Origin: Acidimicrobiia bacterium
GTDB lineage: Bacteria > Actinomycetota > Acidimicrobiia > Spongiisociales > UBA5794
DNA: 42,015 nt
Reading direction: 5' to 3'
NCBI GenBank assembly: GCA_032127155.1
Contig: JAQAZV010000132.1
Location: 1 to 42,015 of the forward strand
The notes beneath the pieces are model-generated. The model worked only from the letters and a program-made list of their open reading frames with translations. It did not search any database and was not told the origin of the DNA. A program made the position numbers and the translations under genes. Shown here one piece after another: positions 38,268 to 42,015 of the stretch (the stretch's first letter is position 1; every line of letters begins with the position of its first letter).

Positions 38268-38534
38268 TCAGCCGCCCAGGATTCGCAGCAGGATCTGGAG
38301 CCCGAGGATCAGGATGATCGGAGAGAGATCGAGCGCTGCCCCACCCATGCGCACCGGAGGTACCACCGCCCTGATGGGCCGAAGCATCGGCTCGATCACA
38401 CGCGACAGCATTTCGTAGATCCGCCGAATCGGATGGTCGTAGGGGATCCTGCCGAACACCACGATGTACGAGAGCACGATCCACGCAAGAAGTCCGAGCG
38501 AAATCAGCTGGACGACGGAACGGAGGATCCCCAC
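38268..38534 (-). CDS. yggT: YggT-family membrane protein
   Basis: Start re-called at the GTG complement of 38532-38534, 1 nt after the sepF stop. 88 aa, two TM segments. Its position after sepF matches the ylmG/yggT slot of the dcw-distal cluster. Confidence 0.85.
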   Translation of the reverse strand: MGILRSVVQLISLGLLAWIVLSYIVVFGRIPYDHPIRRIYEMLSRVIEPMLRPIRAVVPPVRMGGAALDLSPIILILGLQILLRILGG

Positions 38535-38535
38535 G

Positions 38536-39120
38536 TCAGCTTGTTGATCCGTAGAGGCCGAGCGACGTGAGCCGCTCCTGCTCCCCCATCCCGAGGGAAA
38601 CGCCACTCGGCGTTACGAGGATCACACCCTGGGTCGTCTTGGACATGCGTCCGTCGAGGGCGTAGGTGAGACCGGAGGCAAAGTCGACGATCCTGCGGAC
38701 CATTTCGGGTTCGGTTCCCCTGAGATCGAGCACGACGGAGCGACCGGTACGAATCGCATCTGCAAGGGTCTGGGCGTCCGAGAAGTTCCTCGCGGCAATG
38801 ATCTGCGACTCAGGTTCCGAGCGGCGATACGGGGCCTCTGGCGCCCCATAGGCTGCCGTTGGGTGCACATAGACACCCGCCTCGGCGTGACTGGGAACCT
38901 CCGACATCGTTCTGCGGGTGGTTGAGGGTGGCTCGACCCTGCGACCTGAGACGCCGGAACCGGGAGGCCGAACCGACGAGGTTGCCGATCCCTGGGGGCT
39001 CGGGGAGAACTCACCGACGGGACGGACATCGGCAGGAGGGGCTCCCATCTGTTCGGTGCCCTGTTCCTCCTCATCCACCAATCCGAGGTAGAAGAGCGTC
39101 TTGTTCCAGAGTGAGGCCAT
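38536..39120 (-). CDS. sepF: Cell division protein SepF
   Basis: Start re-called at MASLWNKTLFYLGLV (membrane-targeting helix). Pro/Ser-rich linker. C-terminal SepF core (ARNFSDAQTLADAIRTGRSVVLDL). 194 aa. Confidence 0.88.
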   Translation of the reverse strand: MASLWNKTLFYLGLVDEEEQGTEQMGAPPADVRPVGEFSPSPQGSATSSVRPPGSGVSGRRVEPPSTTRRTMSEVPSHAEAGVYVHPTAAYGAPEAPYRRSEPESQIIAARNFSDAQTLADAIRTGRSVVLDLRGTEPEMVRRIVDFASGLTYALDGRMSKTTQGVILVTPSGVSLGMGEQERLTSLGLYGSTS

Positions 39121-39161
39121 GCCATCGTTCCTGTCGGTCGATCGTGTCCGCAAGGGTTCGT

Positions 39162-39812
39162 TCAGCCAAAGATAGCCCTTCCGACGCGAACCATGGTGGC
39201 ACCCTCCTCGATGGCGATCTCGAAGTCGTTCGTCATTCCCATTGAGCACACCTCGATGCCACCATGGTGCTCCCGGTATCGGTCGAAGATCCTTCTGAGG
39301 TCAGCGAACCACGGACGGGATGCTTCTGGGTTCGCATCGAGTGGTGGGATGGCCATCACACCCCTGACATCCAACCCGATGCCGAGGAGGGTGTCGATGA
39401 CTTCCTCGGCTGCTTCTGGAGCGAATCCCGTCTTCTGGGGTTCCGAAGCGAGATTGAATTCGATGAGCACCGGCACGGTGGAACGCACTGCCCACTTCTC
39501 ACCCAGGCTCACACGGTCGAGCGACTGGAGCAGATCGACGTTCGCTCCCACGAACGGCACCTTCCTCGTCTGCAATGGGCCAATGAAGTGCCACGAGATG
39601 TCCTCCGGAAGGTCGGAGGCAATCCGCCCACGGAGTCCTTGCTCCCGATTCTCCCCGAACACGCGGTGTCCCTCGTCGTAGACGGCACGCACGGCAGCGT
39701 CGGCCCGCTGCTTGGACACGACAACGAGTTGGACATCGCCCCTGCGGACTCCGGCCCGCTCGCATGCCGCTTCGATACGGCGCTGAACCTCGGCGAAACC
39801 TACGTGCGCCAT
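39162..39812 (-). CDS. yggS: YggS-family PLP-binding protein
   Basis: 216 aa. LVVVSKQR lysine region and a TIM-barrel alanine-racemase-N-like sequence. Overlaps the pgeF stop by 13 nt. Confidence 0.9.
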   Translation of the reverse strand: MAHVGFAEVQRRIEAACERAGVRRGDVQLVVVSKQRADAAVRAVYDEGHRVFGENREQGLRGRIASDLPEDISWHFIGPLQTRKVPFVGANVDLLQSLDRVSLGEKWAVRSTVPVLIEFNLASEPQKTGFAPEAAEEVIDTLLGIGLDVRGVMAIPPLDANPEASRPWFADLRRIFDRYREHHGGIEVCSMGMTNDFEIAIEEGATMVRVGRAIFG

Positions 39813-40423
39813 GCGACCGCCACCTGTCTGGCCTTCGTGCCGTCCCTCCGAAAGGACGCAAACCGGCCATCGTCCATCGTGCAGACATCAATGCGTTCAA
39901 CGACGAGATCGTCAAGTTGATCCTCGACAGCAGACGCGAGGTCGATGCTGGTCGTTCCCCAACGCGTGGTCGCCCCATATCCGCCAACTGCGGCGATCAC
40001 TTCGTCACCGACCTCGTAGCAGCACGATCCGATGTGCGGCCCGATCACCGCGGCAAAGGGGACGTCCCCCATCGCCCGCATCGCCATCAAAGCTTCTGTG
40101 ACGACACCTTTCGCCACACCCCTCCAACCTGCATGCACCATCGCCGTCGTGCGCCGCCCGACGATCGCGATCGGAAGGCAATCTGCCGTCGCGACCACGA
40201 TGGGAAGATCGGGTCTGTCCGTGATGAGACCATCGGCATCGCCGTGGTTCCCTGGATGGGCGGCAGTGATGACCCTGGATCCGTGCACCTGGGAGACCGT
40301 CGCCCACTCGGTCGGGATACCGAGGGCCTGTGAGATCCTGGCCCTGGCGATCATGTCGGAGCGTGCGTCACCCTCGGCCTCGAGTCCGAAGGCAACCTCA
40401 GGGATCGCCTCCGAACGGATCAT
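39800..40423 (-). CDS. pgeF: Laccase-domain protein YfiH/PgeF (peptidoglycan editing factor family)
   Basis: 207 aa. Conserved QVHG, ADCLPI and HAGWRG elements. ATGA overlap with the ftsZ stop. Confidence 0.85.
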   Translation of the reverse strand: MIRSEAIPEVAFGLEAEGDARSDMIARARISQALGIPTEWATVSQVHGSRVITAAHPGNHGDADGLITDRPDLPIVVATADCLPIAIVGRRTTAMVHAGWRGVAKGVVTEALMAMRAMGDVPFAAVIGPHIGSCCYEVGDEVIAAVGGYGATTRWGTTSIDLASAVEDQLDDLVVERIDVCTMDDGRFASFRRDGTKARQVAVAWRT

Positions 40424-41523
40424 CCTTGGACGAAACCGGGGATGTCCATCTCGTCGGTACCTTCTCCGCGCTCTCCGTCCCGAATGTCGCTGGCGTCGTC
40501 GAGGAACGAGGCCCTCCCACGCGGCGACGCTGTTCCCGGCTGCGCTGTGAAGCTTCCCCGGCGATCGCGGTCGAATCCTGCCGCAATCACTGTGACCCGC
40601 ATCTCGTCACCGAGCGTCTCATCGATGACGGAACCGAAGATGATGTTGGCATCAGCATCGGAATGCTCTGCGATCAGGGACGCTGCGGTGTTCACCTCGT
40701 GCAAAGTCATGTCCCGAGGGCCTGCGATCGAAAGCAGGACACCGCGTGCACCCTCCATGGATGTCTCGAGAAGTGGACTCGAAATCGCCTTCTCGGCCGC
40801 CTGCTGGGCACGACTGTCCCCGGTCGACGTTCCGATACCCATGACGGCGGAACCTGCATCCGACATCACGGTCTTGACATCCGCAAAGTCGACATTGATG
40901 AGTCCCGGTGTGGTGATCAGTTCGGTGATCCCCTTCACACCTGAGGTGAGGACCTCATCAGCCATCCGGAAGGCGTCAGTCACCGGTGTGTTCTGGTCGG
41001 TGATTTCGAGCAGCCGTTCGTTGGGAATGATGATCAGGGTGTCGACGGCAGCCTTGAGGGCCTGGATGCCCTGTTCTGCCTGCACCGATCGGCGACGTCC
41101 CTCGAATCCGAAGGGGCGGGTCACGACGCCGACGGTCAGAGCTCCGAGAGCCCGTGCCACCTCGGCGACGACGGGGGCAGCCCCCGTTCCGGTGCCACCT
41201 CCCTCACCGGCGGTGATGAAGACCATGTCTGCCCCACCCAGGGCATCCTCGATCTCGTCGCGGTGTTCCTCAGCGGCCTCGCGACCGACCTCGGGATTGG
41301 CTCCTGCTCCGAGTCCGCGGGTCGAATCTCGACCGATGTCGAGCTTGACATCGGCATCCGACATCAGAAGCGCCTGGGCATCGGTATTGATCGCGATGAA
41401 TTCGACGCCGCCAACGCCCATGTCGATCATCCGGTTGACGGCATTCACGCCGCCACCACCCACACCGATCACTTTGATCACGGCGAGGTAGGTGTGCGGC
41501 GACTTTCCTGTCTCCATCGTCAT
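40420..41523 (-). CDS. ftsZ: Cell division GTPase FtsZ
   Basis: 367 aa. Tubulin signature [14 protein letters not shown]-terminal DIPGFV peptide. Confidence 0.98.
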   Translation of the reverse strand: MTMETGKSPHTYLAVIKVIGVGGGGVNAVNRMIDMGVGGVEFIAINTDAQALLMSDADVKLDIGRDSTRGLGAGANPEVGREAAEEHRDEIEDALGGADMVFITAGEGGGTGTGAAPVVAEVARALGALTVGVVTRPFGFEGRRRSVQAEQGIQALKAAVDTLIIIPNERLLEITDQNTPVTDAFRMADEVLTSGVKGITELITTPGLINVDFADVKTVMSDAGSAVMGIGTSTGDSRAQQAAEKAISSPLLETSMEGARGVLLSIAGPRDMTLHEVNTAASLIAEHSDADANIIFGSVIDETLGDEMRVTVIAAGFDRDRRGSFTAQPGTASPRGRASFLDDASDIRDGERGEGTDEMDIPGFVQG

Positions 41524-41584
41524 TCAGTCACCCCTCCCAAGAGGACACGTGAACCTTACCCTCCGCTTGACGCCAGCGGAGGTC

Positions 41585-42015
41585 TTATTCCTCACCCTCA
41601 TCGAGAGGTTGAGGGTTCGCAACTGCGGGCCTGGTCGGTGCGATCAGATTGACCTCTGCATCGGTTTCCAGACCGGATGCGATGAGGCCCTCCATCACGA
41701 GTGCTTTTTCCGCCATGTCGATCGGACGACCCAGGACCACACGATGTCCCTTAACGACGGCGACGACACCGTCGTCGTCGACCGAAAGCACGGTACCGAC
41801 GCGGAGGTCCTCCGGCAGTGCGTCGATGAATATGAGGGCACCAAGCACGAAAGGATCTGCGGTCGTCTGGCCAACATCGACGGACCCGAGGTCGATTGCC
41901 ACGGCCGCATCTTCGGCACCTGGGGTCGGAGCAGACGCAAGCACGGCACCATCTACCGATGCCAGGTACCAGGAGTCGCCTCCCATGACCCGGACGAGCG
42001 GCTGGTGTTCGGTGA
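41585..42015 (-). CDS. ftsQ: Cell division protein FtsQ/DivIB (5' end outside window)
   Basis: The frame is open to the window edge (...TEHQPLVRVMGGDSWYLASVDGAVLA...). The C-terminal beta domain resembles FtsQ. Its position immediately upstream of ftsZ supports the call. Confidence 0.75.
   Translation of the reverse strand, partial: TEHQPLVRVMGGDSWYLASVDGAVLASAPTPGAEDAAVAIDLGSVDVGQTTADPFVLGALIFIDALPEDLRVGTVLSVDDDGVVAVVKGHRVVLGRPIDMAEKALVMEGLIASGLETDAEVNLIAPTRPAVANPQPLDEGEE

Noticed and set aside
1-42015. CRISPR arrays, tandem repeats, IS elements, toxin-antitoxin or defence-system genes.
   Set aside because: I saw no regularly spaced repeats and no transposase, integrase, nuclease or defence signature while reading intergenic regions and ORF translations. 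An exhaustive repeat search was not possible by eye and should be run computationally.

Overview
GC-rich (about 60-65% by eye, not computed), very gene-dense chromosomal core segment with Actinobacteria-type synteny. It may come from a deep-branching lineage such as Acidimicrobiia, but that is inference only. Gene order, left to right: 3'-truncated cpaF, cpaE/tadZ and cpaB (Tad/Flp pilus, minus strand); rpsA; polA; tadG-like and tadE-like pseudopilin genes; tRNA-Leu(CAA); trpA-trpB-trpF-trpC-trpE (minus strand, coupled by ATGA-type overlaps); ccdA; MFS and MATE transporters with a convergent overlap; nth; PaaI thioesterase; membrane proteins including an EamA transporter; a tandem-domain ThyX-like gene; a pair of ArsA/Get3-like ATPases; a PlsC-like acyltransferase; a decayed DinB/DUF664-like remnant; dnaE; pfk; WS/DGAT; rluD-like; lspA; a Cys-poor DksA/TraR-like gene; DUF167; a T-box leader plus ileS; and the distal end of the dcw cluster (yggT, sepF, yggS, pgeF, ftsZ, 5'-truncated ftsQ). 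I saw no CRISPR array, transposase, integrase, phage gene or recognisable defence gene. Many long ORFs in the track are antisense artefacts typical of high-GC DNA. I found no convincing evidence for an entirely new multi-gene system. The most unusual items are: (1) Tad pilus genes split around polA-rpsA, with a large Cys-rich TadG-like protein; (2) a tandem ThyX-like protein whose signature motif is split between its two halves; (3) an asymmetric ArsA/Get3-like ATPase pair; (4) a dcw-distal cluster without divIVA; (5) an S1 protein with a long acidic N-terminal extension. Several starts were re-called downstream of the longest ORF in the track, using RBS and overlap context.
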